Assembly: GCA_017937885.1 (NCBI GenBank)
Contig: JAGBCS010000002.1
Span: forward strand, 8,613 to 72,612
Source: Bacteroidales bacterium
Lineage (GTDB): Bacteria; Bacteroidota; Bacteroidia; Bacteroidales; UBA932
Direction: 5' to 3'
DNA length: 64,000 nucleotides
Shown: in pieces, positions 52,701-61,271 of the stretch
Position numbering within the stretch: position 1 is the first letter of the stretch
Layout of the letters: each line of letters starts with the position of its first letter
The notes under the pieces: model-generated
Databases searched by the model: none
What the model was told of the DNA's origin: nothing
The model's input: the letters and a program-made list of their open reading frames with translations, nothing else
Translations under genes and position numbers: made by a program

Positions 52701-52896
52701 CGTTCAGGAAATAATTTCCGTTTTCATCTGTCATGGTACCATTGGTCGTACCAGTGACAAGGACAGCGACTCCCGGAAGAGGCTGTCCGTCCGCGTCAGT
52801 CACCTTTCCCCTTACTGTAGGCTGAGCTATAGCAAGCGTTGCCCCCCCCAAGAGAAAAATGGACATGACAAACAGATTCCTTAAAATCCTTTTCAT
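49726..52896 (-). CDS. susC: SusC/RagA TonB-dependent transporter
   Basis: VVGYGVQKK, IESISVLKDGASAAVYG..ASNGVIIVTTKKG, LTWEKS and C-terminal YPQQR...LTF motifs. Confidence 0.97.
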   Translation of the reverse strand: MKRILRNLFVMSIFLLGGATLAIAQPTVRGKVTDADGQPLPGVAVLVTGTTNGTMTDENGNYFLNVNKGDVLLFTSLGLGDQTFECDGTLSKLDVTMVEDATFIEETIVVGYGVQKKSSMTSAVSAIKGDELLKAPSTNVSQLLAGKLTGVSSVQESGEPGLDQAVIRIRGSQGAAKYVVDGFPVDNINDIDPFDIESISVLKDGASAAVYGLQASNGVIIVTTKKGAAGKPKITYNATFGASMNANFPEFMDGPQFAYYYNVAQMMDQLASGAIASEADYVPYFTKDQIEMMLNGDPTDGWDNVNYIDKVFGTGLTQKHNVTVQAGNEKSRYFASFGYLGQKGNIDNYNYDRYNVRANIESDLAENFKFSLGLSGVLSNRHTPGFGTGGSDMGSETGWLSIANQTIQMHPYLPVKYNDMYTASLKKNTSLPQSPLAAIYESGYKKTRGLDVSANMALQYDAPWLKGLTFKVSGAFDYGATMNKNLNTPFPLMAYSDGAWKETVDPRGTGSGVNLGEGTSYYQQLTGQASASYTKTFDKHYIDLLALAEISDYKSNAHSAYAKLIPFDALPELSYGQPADSPISGYSNTSRQIGYVFRARYNWDERYLAEFTGRYDGSYLFAGMRNTRWGFFPSASLAWNLAKEPWMAGVDGLDDLKIRGSVALLGNDSISSYMFLNTYSKYGSEVIYGNYGNGTTVNPAYGDSGLANIDLTWEKSLSYNVGFDLKMWGGLISAEVDGFYRYNFDILTYMGSDYPPSMGNYFMSAENHNAYDTKGIDVMVAHRSHFMLGDKPFQYGISGTVTYARSRWIIYPDQPNIPANQKVVGKPLGATMAWTADGLYRSEEEIDNSAWYGTRPCIGDIKYVDLNGDGKIDGDDKGFIGRTNRPELTYGLNLDFAWNGIDFNAQFTGGALFDVSLTGTYYNGYDDNTIWTQTFKENANSPLFLVENAYSIYNPDGTFPRITLGAPGHGGDNGLASTFWLRDGTYVRLKSAQLGYTIPRKWTSRMNIEALRFFVEGQNLFTLDALPEGIDPESPGVNNGYYPQQRLVMGGITLTF

Positions 52897-52910
52897 CAGT
52901 TATATATTAA

Positions 52911-54254
52911 TTATTGATTATCAGCATTTTTCATAGCCTCTTCGAGCTCATCCCAAAGCTTGTGCTTGTTCAGATGCACGATGTCGAAGATCATGACACC
53001 GTCTGTACTCTTGAGAGCCTGCGTCACAGCCGGGCCGAATGGTGAGAAGTCACCCATATACTGCTCGACATAGATTGAGCCGATCACAGGAACGACTCCC
53101 TTCGTGATCTCCTTTGCGATCTCTGCACCACCCTCGACGCTGTAGCAGTATGTGAGGCTGTTGTCCATACCGGCCTCGCTGCGCTGTCCGACAACTCCAG
53201 TTGCCTTGTCGACATCATCCTTTGTGATGAACGAGTAATACAGACCTGTCATATATACGTCAAGCTGCTCGGCATATCCTGTCTTGTGGTAATCCTCGGT
53301 AGCCCACCACTGATACTGCGGAACCTGCGAAGGATCATAAGTCTCGCTTGCCCAGTTCACACCTACCTGGAAATATGTAGGATACCATGCTCCTGTATAG
53401 TCTCCGATGATAAGATCCGGATTGATCTCCTTCAGAGCCTTGTGAGCTTCGACCACGAAATCATGGATAGTCATAGCCCTGTACTCGACCCACTTCTTGA
53501 AATGCTTTCCCGGAGCCCACTTGCTGCGGAGATTGCCGTCCTTGTCGTACCAGCTGAGGATGTCCTCAGGGAAATTCTCCACTGTCACTCCTGCATATTC
53601 CTCGAACTGCTTCTTTGAGAGTTCACTGAAGTCTGACGTGATCTCATCGTAACGTACGCGGTCGAAGATAAGGCCGTCGACCTCAGGATACTTGCGCGCG
53701 AACTCCTTGAGGATATCTATCTGATACTGACGCATTTCAGGAATACCCGGATTCATCATGCAGTTGTAATTCGACTTTACAGAAGATATCGGAACGAGCT
53801 TACCGTCTATATAGCAGATCGACTGCCATGCCGCCTTGTCCTGATAGACGACTCCCCTGTCGAAGAAGTTGTGTCCACCTGCAAACACATTGAGCGATCC
53901 GAACACCTTCAGGCCCATTTCATGGCCATACTTGATGAAATAGCCGAGCATATCGTAATCACGCGGACGCTCGACACCTTCCCAATCGCCCATATACGGA
54001 GCGATCTCACTGTCATAAAGGACTTCTCCCATGATAGACTTCACGTCAACCACGACATTGCCGAATCCGAGGTCCTTGCACTTGGCAAGATAGAACCTGA
54101 TGGAATCCGGAGTAGAGAGAGTCCTGTAATTGGCCTCACAGTCAAACCACATGTAATTATGGTTTGTAACTTCCTTATTATCAGAGGCTGACGCACACGA
54201 AGACATGAGTGCCAACGCTGCGATGATAGATGCTATTAATGTAGTTGTCTTCAT
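52911..54254 (-). CDS. DUF4985/GHL10-like hydrolase lipoprotein (paralog of 43502-45022)
   Basis: SSC lipobox, WFDCEANY, FDRVRYD and YTGAWYPTY..VGVNWAS motifs. Confidence 0.75.
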   Translation of the reverse strand: MKTTTLIASIIAALALMSSCASASDNKEVTNHNYMWFDCEANYRTLSTPDSIRFYLAKCKDLGFGNVVVDVKSIMGEVLYDSEIAPYMGDWEGVERPRDYDMLGYFIKYGHEMGLKVFGSLNVFAGGHNFFDRGVVYQDKAAWQSICYIDGKLVPISSVKSNYNCMMNPGIPEMRQYQIDILKEFARKYPEVDGLIFDRVRYDEITSDFSELSKKQFEEYAGVTVENFPEDILSWYDKDGNLRSKWAPGKHFKKWVEYRAMTIHDFVVEAHKALKEINPDLIIGDYTGAWYPTYFQVGVNWASETYDPSQVPQYQWWATEDYHKTGYAEQLDVYMTGLYYSFITKDDVDKATGVVGQRSEAGMDNSLTYCYSVEGGAEIAKEITKGVVPVIGSIYVEQYMGDFSPFGPAVTQALKSTDGVMIFDIVHLNKHKLWDELEEAMKNADNQ

Positions 54255-54274
54255 TTTAGGGTATAATAAACATA

Positions 54275-54449
54275 CAAAAGTAGAAATATTTTTTATGATT
54301 TCAACACATTCTTTCGTATTTTTTAAATAATTTTAATAATAATCGTCACATTTAATAGAATTTTTAAAGAAACTCAGCCGACGGGCAATAAAATAGCATA
54401 AGATATTTCAGATTTTCAATCGGGACTTATACAATTTTATATATATTTG
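54275..54449. promoter_or_regulatory. Divergent PUL promoter region
   Basis: TACTTTTG on the minus strand (54275-54282) and TATATTTG on the plus strand (54442-54449), in a very AT-rich gap. Confidence 0.65.
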
Positions 54450-54488
54450 CATGATTTAATCTGAAAAATCTTTAAAAACCACATAACA

Positions 54489-55571
54489 ATGACAGACCGC
54501 AGGGAATTTCTCAAGAAGATGGCAATCGGAGGAGCATCAGCTATAGTGGCTCCATCAATTATCACTTCATGCGCCGGCGAGACTTCGGAAAGCTCGCTGA
54601 CAGATGCTTCGGCAGGATCTCTTATCGTACCGAAGGACAACGGACTAAGGATCACAGGAACCTTCCTGGACGAAATATCACACGACATCCCGCACCAGAA
54701 CTGGGGCGAAAAGGAATGGGACCAGGATTTCGCATATATGAAGGCTATCGGCATCGACACCGTGATCGACATACGATGCGGATACAGGAAATTCATCACA
54801 TACCCGTCTCCATATCTCCTTAAGAAAGGCTGCTACATGCCTTCTGTCGACCTTATCGACATGTTCTGCCGCCTTGCTCAGAAGCACGGAATGAAGTTCT
54901 ACCTCGGACTTTACGACTCTGGCGTATACTGGGACACAAAGGATATGAGTCATGAAATCGAGGACAACAAGTTCGTCATCGATGAAGTATGGAAAATGTA
55001 CGGCGAGAAGTACGACAGTTTCGGAGGATGGTACATCAGCACTGAAATCAGCCGCGATACGATCGGCGCCGTCGACGCATTCCACGCGATGGGCCAGCAG
55101 TGTAAGGACGTGTCGGGCGGACTTCCAGTATTCATTTCGCCATGGATAGACGGAAAGAAAGCCATCATGGGTACAAACAAGGCAATCAACGACAACGCAG
55201 TATCCGTGGAGCAGCACGAGAAGGAATGGAACCAGATATTTGCCGGTATCCACGACGTTGTGGATGCTGTAGCATTCCAGGACGGCCACATCGACTATGA
55301 CGAACTCGATGCTTTCTTCAGTGTCAACAAGAAACTGGCTGACAAATATGGAATGCAGTGCTGGACAAACGCCGAGACATTCGACCGCGACATGCCGATA
55401 AAGTTCCTCCCTATCAAGTTCGACAAGCTCCGTCTCAAGCTGGAGGCTGCAAAACGCTGCGGATATGACAAGGCCATCACCTTCGAATTCCCGCACTTCA
55501 TGAGCCCGCAGTCGGTATACGGTGCAGCAGGCAACCTCTACAACAGATACAGAGAGTATTTCAACATCTAA
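54489..55571 (+). CDS. DUF4434-like putative glycoside hydrolase with Tat-lipoprotein signal
   Basis: DRREFLK twin-arginine motif and TSC lipobox; ITGTFLDEISHDIPHQNW, GWYISTE and WTNAETFDRD motifs. Confidence 0.75.
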   Translation: MTDRREFLKKMAIGGASAIVAPSIITSCAGETSESSLTDASAGSLIVPKDNGLRITGTFLDEISHDIPHQNWGEKEWDQDFAYMKAIGIDTVIDIRCGYRKFITYPSPYLLKKGCYMPSVDLIDMFCRLAQKHGMKFYLGLYDSGVYWDTKDMSHEIEDNKFVIDEVWKMYGEKYDSFGGWYISTEISRDTIGAVDAFHAMGQQCKDVSGGLPVFISPWIDGKKAIMGTNKAINDNAVSVEQHEKEWNQIFAGIHDVVDAVAFQDGHIDYDELDAFFSVNKKLADKYGMQCWTNAETFDRDMPIKFLPIKFDKLRLKLEAAKRCGYDKAITFEFPHFMSPQSVYGAAGNLYNRYREYFNI

Positions 55572-55581
55572 ACATAAAGCA

Positions 55582-56973
55582 ATGAAGAATACAACGGGAT
55601 ACGTAATCTTCATGGCGGTAGTGGCCGCCATCGGAGGAATCCTCTTCGGATATGACACAGCCGTGATCTCCGGCACGACAGAGATCGTAAAGAACCAGTT
55701 CCACCTTACAGACATGATGGAAGGATGGTACGTCGGCTGCGCCTTGATCGGCTCGATTGCAGGCGTGCTCGTCGCAGGAACGCTCAGCGACTACCTCGGC
55801 CGCAAGCTCACCATGCTCATCTCAGCCGCTCTGTTCAGCATTTCGGCGATCGGATGCGCGGTCTGCGGCAGCTTCGACGGCCTTGTGGCATACCGCATCA
55901 TCGGCGGCATCGGTATCGGTATCGTTTCTATCGTATCGCCTATATATATATCAGAGGTATCACCGGCGAAGATCCGAGGCACTCTCGTTTCGCTCTACCA
56001 GCTTGCAGTTACCATCGGCTTCCTGCTCGCATACCTCATGAACTGGGTGATCGACGCAAACATCGACCATTCGCTGGCAGGAACTGACGTAACCCTCTGG
56101 CAGAAGATAATGCATACGGAGGCATGGCGTGGAATGCTCGGAAGCGAGACCATCCCTGCCCTCCTTTTCTTCATCATCATATTCTTCATTCCGGAAAGCC
56201 CTAAATGGCTGATCGTCAATGGAAAGCTCGACAAGGCATCTTCTGTGCTCGCACGCATTTATCCTACAGCCGAAGAAGTGAAGGAGGAAATCGCTGTGAC
56301 ACAGGATTCGCTTAAGGGCGAGACCAAGGGCAAGTGGTCAAACCTGCTCAAGCCAGGTATCCTCGTAGCCGTAATTGCAGGAAGTGCAATCGCTATCCTC
56401 GGCCAGTTCATGGGTGTAAACGCCGTGCTTTACTATGGACCTAAGATCTTCTCCGAGGCCGGCTTCGACAACCCTATGTTCTCGACCGTTCTCGTAGGAG
56501 TAGTGAACTGCGTGACTACCGTACTCGCCGTATTCATCATCGACCGTGTAGGACGCAAGCAGCTGATCTACTGGGGAGTATCCGGCATGATCATCTGCCT
56601 CGTAGCCATCGGTATCTACTTCGCATGGGGATCGGCTATCGGCCTTGGCAACGGCTTCATGCTGACATTCTTCCTCGCATACGTATTCTGCTGCGCCATC
56701 TCGATTTCAGCGATCGTGTTCGTGCTCCTTTCAGAGATGTATCCGAACAGCGTACGAGGACGCGCGATGTCGATCGCAGGCTTCGCCCTCTGGATCGGAA
56801 CATATCTTATCGGCCAGCTTACCCCTGTACTCCTCGGATGGAGCCAGGCAGGAACATTCTTCATCTTTGCAGTGATGTGCGTGCCTTACATGCTCATCAT
56901 GTGGAAGGTGATTCCTGAGACTACAGGAAAGACTCTTGAGGAAATCGAATCATACTGGAACAACAGGAAATAA
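55582..56973 (+). CDS. MFS sugar porter (XylE/AraE-like)
   Basis: GGILFGYDTAVISG, SDYLGRK, PIYISE, PESPKWL and PETTGKTLEEI motifs. Confidence 0.95.
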   Translation: MKNTTGYVIFMAVVAAIGGILFGYDTAVISGTTEIVKNQFHLTDMMEGWYVGCALIGSIAGVLVAGTLSDYLGRKLTMLISAALFSISAIGCAVCGSFDGLVAYRIIGGIGIGIVSIVSPIYISEVSPAKIRGTLVSLYQLAVTIGFLLAYLMNWVIDANIDHSLAGTDVTLWQKIMHTEAWRGMLGSETIPALLFFIIIFFIPESPKWLIVNGKLDKASSVLARIYPTAEEVKEEIAVTQDSLKGETKGKWSNLLKPGILVAVIAGSAIAILGQFMGVNAVLYYGPKIFSEAGFDNPMFSTVLVGVVNCVTTVLAVFIIDRVGRKQLIYWGVSGMIICLVAIGIYFAWGSAIGLGNGFMLTFFLAYVFCCAISISAIVFVLLSEMYPNSVRGRAMSIAGFALWIGTYLIGQLTPVLLGWSQAGTFFIFAVMCVPYMLIMWKVIPETTGKTLEEIESYWNNRK

Positions 56974-56974
56974 T

Positions 56975-58177
56975 ATGAATGCTTCATTCCTCAGCAACAT
57001 TGACGGCAAGAATTCCAGCCTTAAGAAAAGGATACTGGGTCTATGCGTCAACGAAGGCGACTACAGCCTGGCAGACCTCAGCAAAGAGCTGAACACAAGT
57101 ATCCCGACCATCACCAAACTGGTCGGAGAACTTATCGATGACGGTTTCCTCGAAGACATGGGAAAGCAGGGCACGAACGGAGGACGCCGTCCGAGCATCT
57201 ACGGCCTCAATTCTTCGGCCGGTTATTTTGTCGGCATCGAAGTCAGAAAGGACGAGATCAGCGTAGCCGTGACCAACTTCAAGGGACAGACAATTGATTA
57301 TAAGGAAGATATAGCATTTACTCTGGAGAATTCCGAAGCATCGTTCAAGAAGCTATGCGACGGGACGAAGGAGCATCTGTCGAGAATCGGAGTCGATGCA
57401 TCAAAGGTTCTTGCCTACGGAGTGAACCTCTCGGGACGCGTAAACAACGAGACAGGCTACTGCTTCACATATTTCCTAGGCGAGGATCGTCCGATAGCTT
57501 CCCTCCTGGAAGAAGAGCTGATGGCCCCTGTATTCATCGAGAACGATTCAAGGGCAATGACATATGGCGAGTACATATGCGGCGTGGCGAACAAGGAGCA
57601 GGACATGCTCTTCCTCAATGTCGCGTGGGGTCTCGGTATGGGTATGATTCTGGACGGCAAACTTTCGTACGGCAAGTCCGGATTCTCCGGAGAGATCGGC
57701 CATTTCCCTCTGCTGGACAACGATCAGATCTGCCAGTGCGGCAAGACAGGATGTCTGGAGACGGGAGCATCCGGTCTGGCTCTGCACAGGATCTTCATGG
57801 AGAAGCTCCGCGACGGCAGGGCATCGATGCTGTCTGAAAAGTTCAACAAAGGAGGAGAGATCACCTTGGATGACATACTGGGAGCTATCCTGGAGGAAGA
57901 CGTACTGGCCATAGAAGTCGTGGAGGAGATCGGGGCAGTGCTTGGCCGCGCCATCGCGGGTCTGATCAACCTGTTCAACCCTGAACTCGTCGTGATCGGA
58001 GGCAGACTGTCTGCAGCATCGGAATATCTGCTGCTGCCTATCAAGAGCGCGATTCAGAAGCATTCTCTGAACATCATCAACAGAGACACGACAATAAAGT
58101 TCTCGAAACTCGGCCGAAAAGCCGGTCCTATCGGCGCCTGCATGCTCTCCCGCAGCAAGCTCCTCGGCCTGCTGTAG
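56975..58177 (+). CDS. ROK-family transcriptional repressor (NagC/XylR-like)
   Basis: N-terminal HTH with GGRRP; ENDSRA and GEIGH...CQCGKTGCLE motifs. Start at ATG 56975. Confidence 0.93.
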   Translation: MNASFLSNIDGKNSSLKKRILGLCVNEGDYSLADLSKELNTSIPTITKLVGELIDDGFLEDMGKQGTNGGRRPSIYGLNSSAGYFVGIEVRKDEISVAVTNFKGQTIDYKEDIAFTLENSEASFKKLCDGTKEHLSRIGVDASKVLAYGVNLSGRVNNETGYCFTYFLGEDRPIASLLEEELMAPVFIENDSRAMTYGEYICGVANKEQDMLFLNVAWGLGMGMILDGKLSYGKSGFSGEIGHFPLLDNDQICQCGKTGCLETGASGLALHRIFMEKLRDGRASMLSEKFNKGGEITLDDILGAILEEDVLAIEVVEEIGAVLGRAIAGLINLFNPELVVIGGRLSAASEYLLLPIKSAIQKHSLNIINRDTTIKFSKLGRKAGPIGACMLSRSKLLGLL

Positions 58178-58186
58178 AGATATATT

Positions 58187-58257
58187 CATCATAAGCCATT
58201 GGCCCCCGGAAGCAGAAGAACAGGGGAAATGCTTCCGGGGGCCAATGGCTTATGATG
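58187..58257. repeat. Perfect 28-bp inverted repeat between convergent genes
   Basis: Arms 58187-58214 and 58230-58257 with a 15-nt purine-rich loop. Confidence 0.9.
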
Positions 58258-58264
58258 CAATCAC

Positions 58265-59998
58265 TTAACGTCTAGGAAAGAGGAGAGCCATGTCGCGGTC
58301 GAGAGCCGCCTCCGCCTTCTTCTCCGGCACGAACTTCCACTCTCCGATCACTGCCTTGTCGCCGGTCTTCGCCGGATCGATCGACCCGTTCTCAACAAGG
58401 TAGTCATACAGAATATTCCTGATCTCAGGGTAGTACTCCACCACCCTTTCCCCAATCTTATCCGTATCGATACCGGCAGCAGCCATGAGTCCGCCGCCAC
58501 CGCTTGCGCGATATGATGTCATCGCCACATTGTAGGTCTGAGCCGGATCGAACGCACTTCCGTCTGCGAGCGACTTTATGATCACCCTCTCCCCCATCGG
58601 CTTCGTCACATCCACATCGTAGATCATACCGCCTGTCGAATCGAAATTATACGACCTGTTCTCAAAAGACCAGCGCTTCTGGCCGGTACGAGGATCGGCA
58701 GCATTGACTATCTTCAGAACATGGTCCTGTCCACGACCGATAGTATTGATCCATGAATCATATGAAGCCTCCATGTAGTCCTTAATCTCCTTGCCGGTCA
58801 TCTTAACTACAAAAAGCTGGTTCTCAAAAGGATATATCGTAAAGAGGTCATTATATACGAGAGTTCCCGCCTTCACGAAGCCGTTGAATGTCAGCGGAGC
58901 AGCGAAGGAAATCTGAGCCGGAGCACAGCTGAGCGAAAGCGTATGGATGAGATTGATATAGTCCGACATGCCTCTATATGCATCACGGGTGCGGAGATCC
59001 GACTTGAGTTCACCGACTTCCTTGAGAGTGAACGCCTTGACAGCCTCATACTCAGGACGGAACAATGCCTTCATCTCCTCATCAACCTTTTTCTTGTCCA
59101 ACGCGAGGAGATCGGCGGAGAGTTCCTTGGACACGACCTTGCCTCCCTTGACGGTAACCTTTACAGTACCACAGCCGAGATTGCGGCAATGACTTCCTGC
59201 ATTGATCAGGCAGATATCCTCATCCTGATGTACCACAGGTCTGTGATCGTGTGCACACACGACGAAATCAACGCCCTTCAGGCTCTTGAAGAGATCCAGT
59301 CCCTGACTCTCGAGCTGCGAGCCGTCACCTTCTCCTGTTCCGATATGTGCTGCGACTATCACGACATCAGACTTCTCCTGTGCGACTATCCTGTCCACAG
59401 TCTCCTGGGCAAACGACTCAAGAGACTTAAACTCCATTCCTTCCCAGAGAAGAGGAGAGAGCCAGCTCTTGATGTTCGGATTGGTAAATCCTATGATGGT
59501 GATCTTCAATCCATGCCTCTTCAAGGTCACATACTCCTGGAAATAAGCCTGACCATTGTCGTTGCGGATTGCATTCGCCGCAAGGAAAGGTACATCCATC
59601 GTCTTCACAAGACGGTCATACACAGGATGTCCCGTCTCGATGTCATGATTACCGACAATCACGGCATCATAGCCGATGTATTCCATCATGCGGGCGAAAA
59701 GATGCTTAGAAACAGTGTCCACATAATTGTAATAGTATGCCGCATTATCTCCCTGCAGACAATCGCCGTCATCGAGAAGAATTACGTTCTCAGCACCGTC
59801 AGCGACGCGGATGCTGTCCACATACCATGAAACCGAAAGAAGCGAATTGGCAGTCCTGTCGGATACATAGAGAGAGTCGAAATAATGTCCGTGGACATCA
59901 TTCGTAGTAAGAAGGCGGAAAGTGTACTCACCGTCCTTCGGGCCGCATGAAACCAATGCTGTCAGAGCGGCAATGATTGCAATGAATGTTCTTTTCAT
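58265..59998 (-). CDS. Bifunctional metallophosphatase / 5'-nucleotidase (CpdB-like) lipoprotein
   Basis: VSCG lipobox, TNDVHG, GDCLQG, GNHD, AHDH and YPFEN motifs. Confidence 0.9.
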   Translation of the reverse strand: MKRTFIAIIAALTALVSCGPKDGEYTFRLLTTNDVHGHYFDSLYVSDRTANSLLSVSWYVDSIRVADGAENVILLDDGDCLQGDNAAYYYNYVDTVSKHLFARMMEYIGYDAVIVGNHDIETGHPVYDRLVKTMDVPFLAANAIRNDNGQAYFQEYVTLKRHGLKITIIGFTNPNIKSWLSPLLWEGMEFKSLESFAQETVDRIVAQEKSDVVIVAAHIGTGEGDGSQLESQGLDLFKSLKGVDFVVCAHDHRPVVHQDEDICLINAGSHCRNLGCGTVKVTVKGGKVVSKELSADLLALDKKKVDEEMKALFRPEYEAVKAFTLKEVGELKSDLRTRDAYRGMSDYINLIHTLSLSCAPAQISFAAPLTFNGFVKAGTLVYNDLFTIYPFENQLFVVKMTGKEIKDYMEASYDSWINTIGRGQDHVLKIVNAADPRTGQKRWSFENRSYNFDSTGGMIYDVDVTKPMGERVIIKSLADGSAFDPAQTYNVAMTSYRASGGGGLMAAAGIDTDKIGERVVEYYPEIRNILYDYLVENGSIDPAKTGDKAVIGEWKFVPEKKAEAALDRDMALLFPRR

Positions 59999-60009
59999 AT
60001 TTCTGTATT

Positions 60010-61194
60010 TTATCTTTTGCGGTTGACAAGTTCCTGCAGATTGAAGCCAAGCTTCACCACCTGCTGGCAGCCGGAATAATGGAAATCATGGAAATGGAAG
60101 AATGCGCCCACGTGCACATTCAGGAACCGGCTGCGGTACGACTCCCAGAAGACTTCCAGACGGTCGTACATGCCGGCACCGGCCTCTCCGTCGTCGTGGA
60201 CACGGTAGAACGGATCGCCGAAGTACAGCCGGTTGCCGTACTTGATGTCCGCGCCGTCGCTGTTGTTGTAGTACGGCATCATGTCCATACCGTAGAACAG
60301 ACTGTTGCGAAGGCCGAAGCCCCAATGCCGGATCTCCAGGTCGAATTCTCCGCCATACGGGAATGTATATATGCCGATATTGCGTCTGTCGTTCTGCATG
60401 CCCTGAAGCCATCCGAAGCGCATCGCAAAAGTCCGCAGTCCCATCATGCGGCTGAAGTCGAAACGCATGTATGGATTGACCAATATATTGTCGACGACGC
60501 CGTGGACAGACTCGCAGCTGGCAAAATGGTACATATATGCGGCATAGCCGAACGAAAGCACTGGCGCTACCTTTCCCTCGCCGGCCGAATACACCATGAA
60601 CTTCTCCCTGCGGTCATTTCCGAACTGGCCCATCCAGTCGCAACCTACCTCGAAGTACGCCTTAGGGCGCTGGAACTTCAGGAGTATACCCTCGAGATTG
60701 TTGTCGTAGAACTTCAGCGAATCGGAGAAGAAGGCCTGAGAATACCTTCCTTCGGACGCGCTGCGCGGGAAGATACCCGCATACATGGTCATTTCAGTCC
60801 AGCCTGTTTCCTTCTTCATCCTGTAATAAAGCGTCATCTCCCGCAGCAAGGCAAGGTTGTTCAGCCTCGGCGAAGTCTCGTCAGTCTCCCCACCGGCAAT
60901 CGATGACGGCAGGGGCGAAGCACCGAAGTCCTTCATTACGTCGATACCCATCATCACCCTGTGTTCCGTACCTTCATACGACAGGACATCGACACCGACA
61001 GAAGGCGTAAGACGAGCACCGAAGATGGTCATCGACTCGGAAAAACCGCTCCTGTAGTACTCCCTGTTATCGAAATTCATGTCGAAGGTGACATCGTACA
61101 CAAAACGGACCTTCTCCTTACGCGGCTGCGCGGCATCAGCCAGTACAGCCGACAGCATCAGGACGAAAAGCGATACTATATAATGTTTCTTCAT
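60010..61194 (-). CDS. Hypothetical outer-membrane beta-barrel protein
   Basis: Signal peptide from MKKHYI, FDNREY motif and aromatic-rich beta pattern. Confidence 0.65.
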   Translation of the reverse strand: MKKHYIVSLFVLMLSAVLADAAQPRKEKVRFVYDVTFDMNFDNREYYRSGFSESMTIFGARLTPSVGVDVLSYEGTEHRVMMGIDVMKDFGASPLPSSIAGGETDETSPRLNNLALLREMTLYYRMKKETGWTEMTMYAGIFPRSASEGRYSQAFFSDSLKFYDNNLEGILLKFQRPKAYFEVGCDWMGQFGNDRREKFMVYSAGEGKVAPVLSFGYAAYMYHFASCESVHGVVDNILVNPYMRFDFSRMMGLRTFAMRFGWLQGMQNDRRNIGIYTFPYGGEFDLEIRHWGFGLRNSLFYGMDMMPYYNNSDGADIKYGNRLYFGDPFYRVHDDGEAGAGMYDRLEVFWESYRSRFLNVHVGAFFHFHDFHYSGCQQVVKLGFNLQELVNRKR

Positions 61195-61271
61195 AGGTTG
61201 CACAAGCATAATTATCTTTCAAAGATAATACTTTTGGAGCAAGGATGGATAAATTTTGATAAATTTGCACC

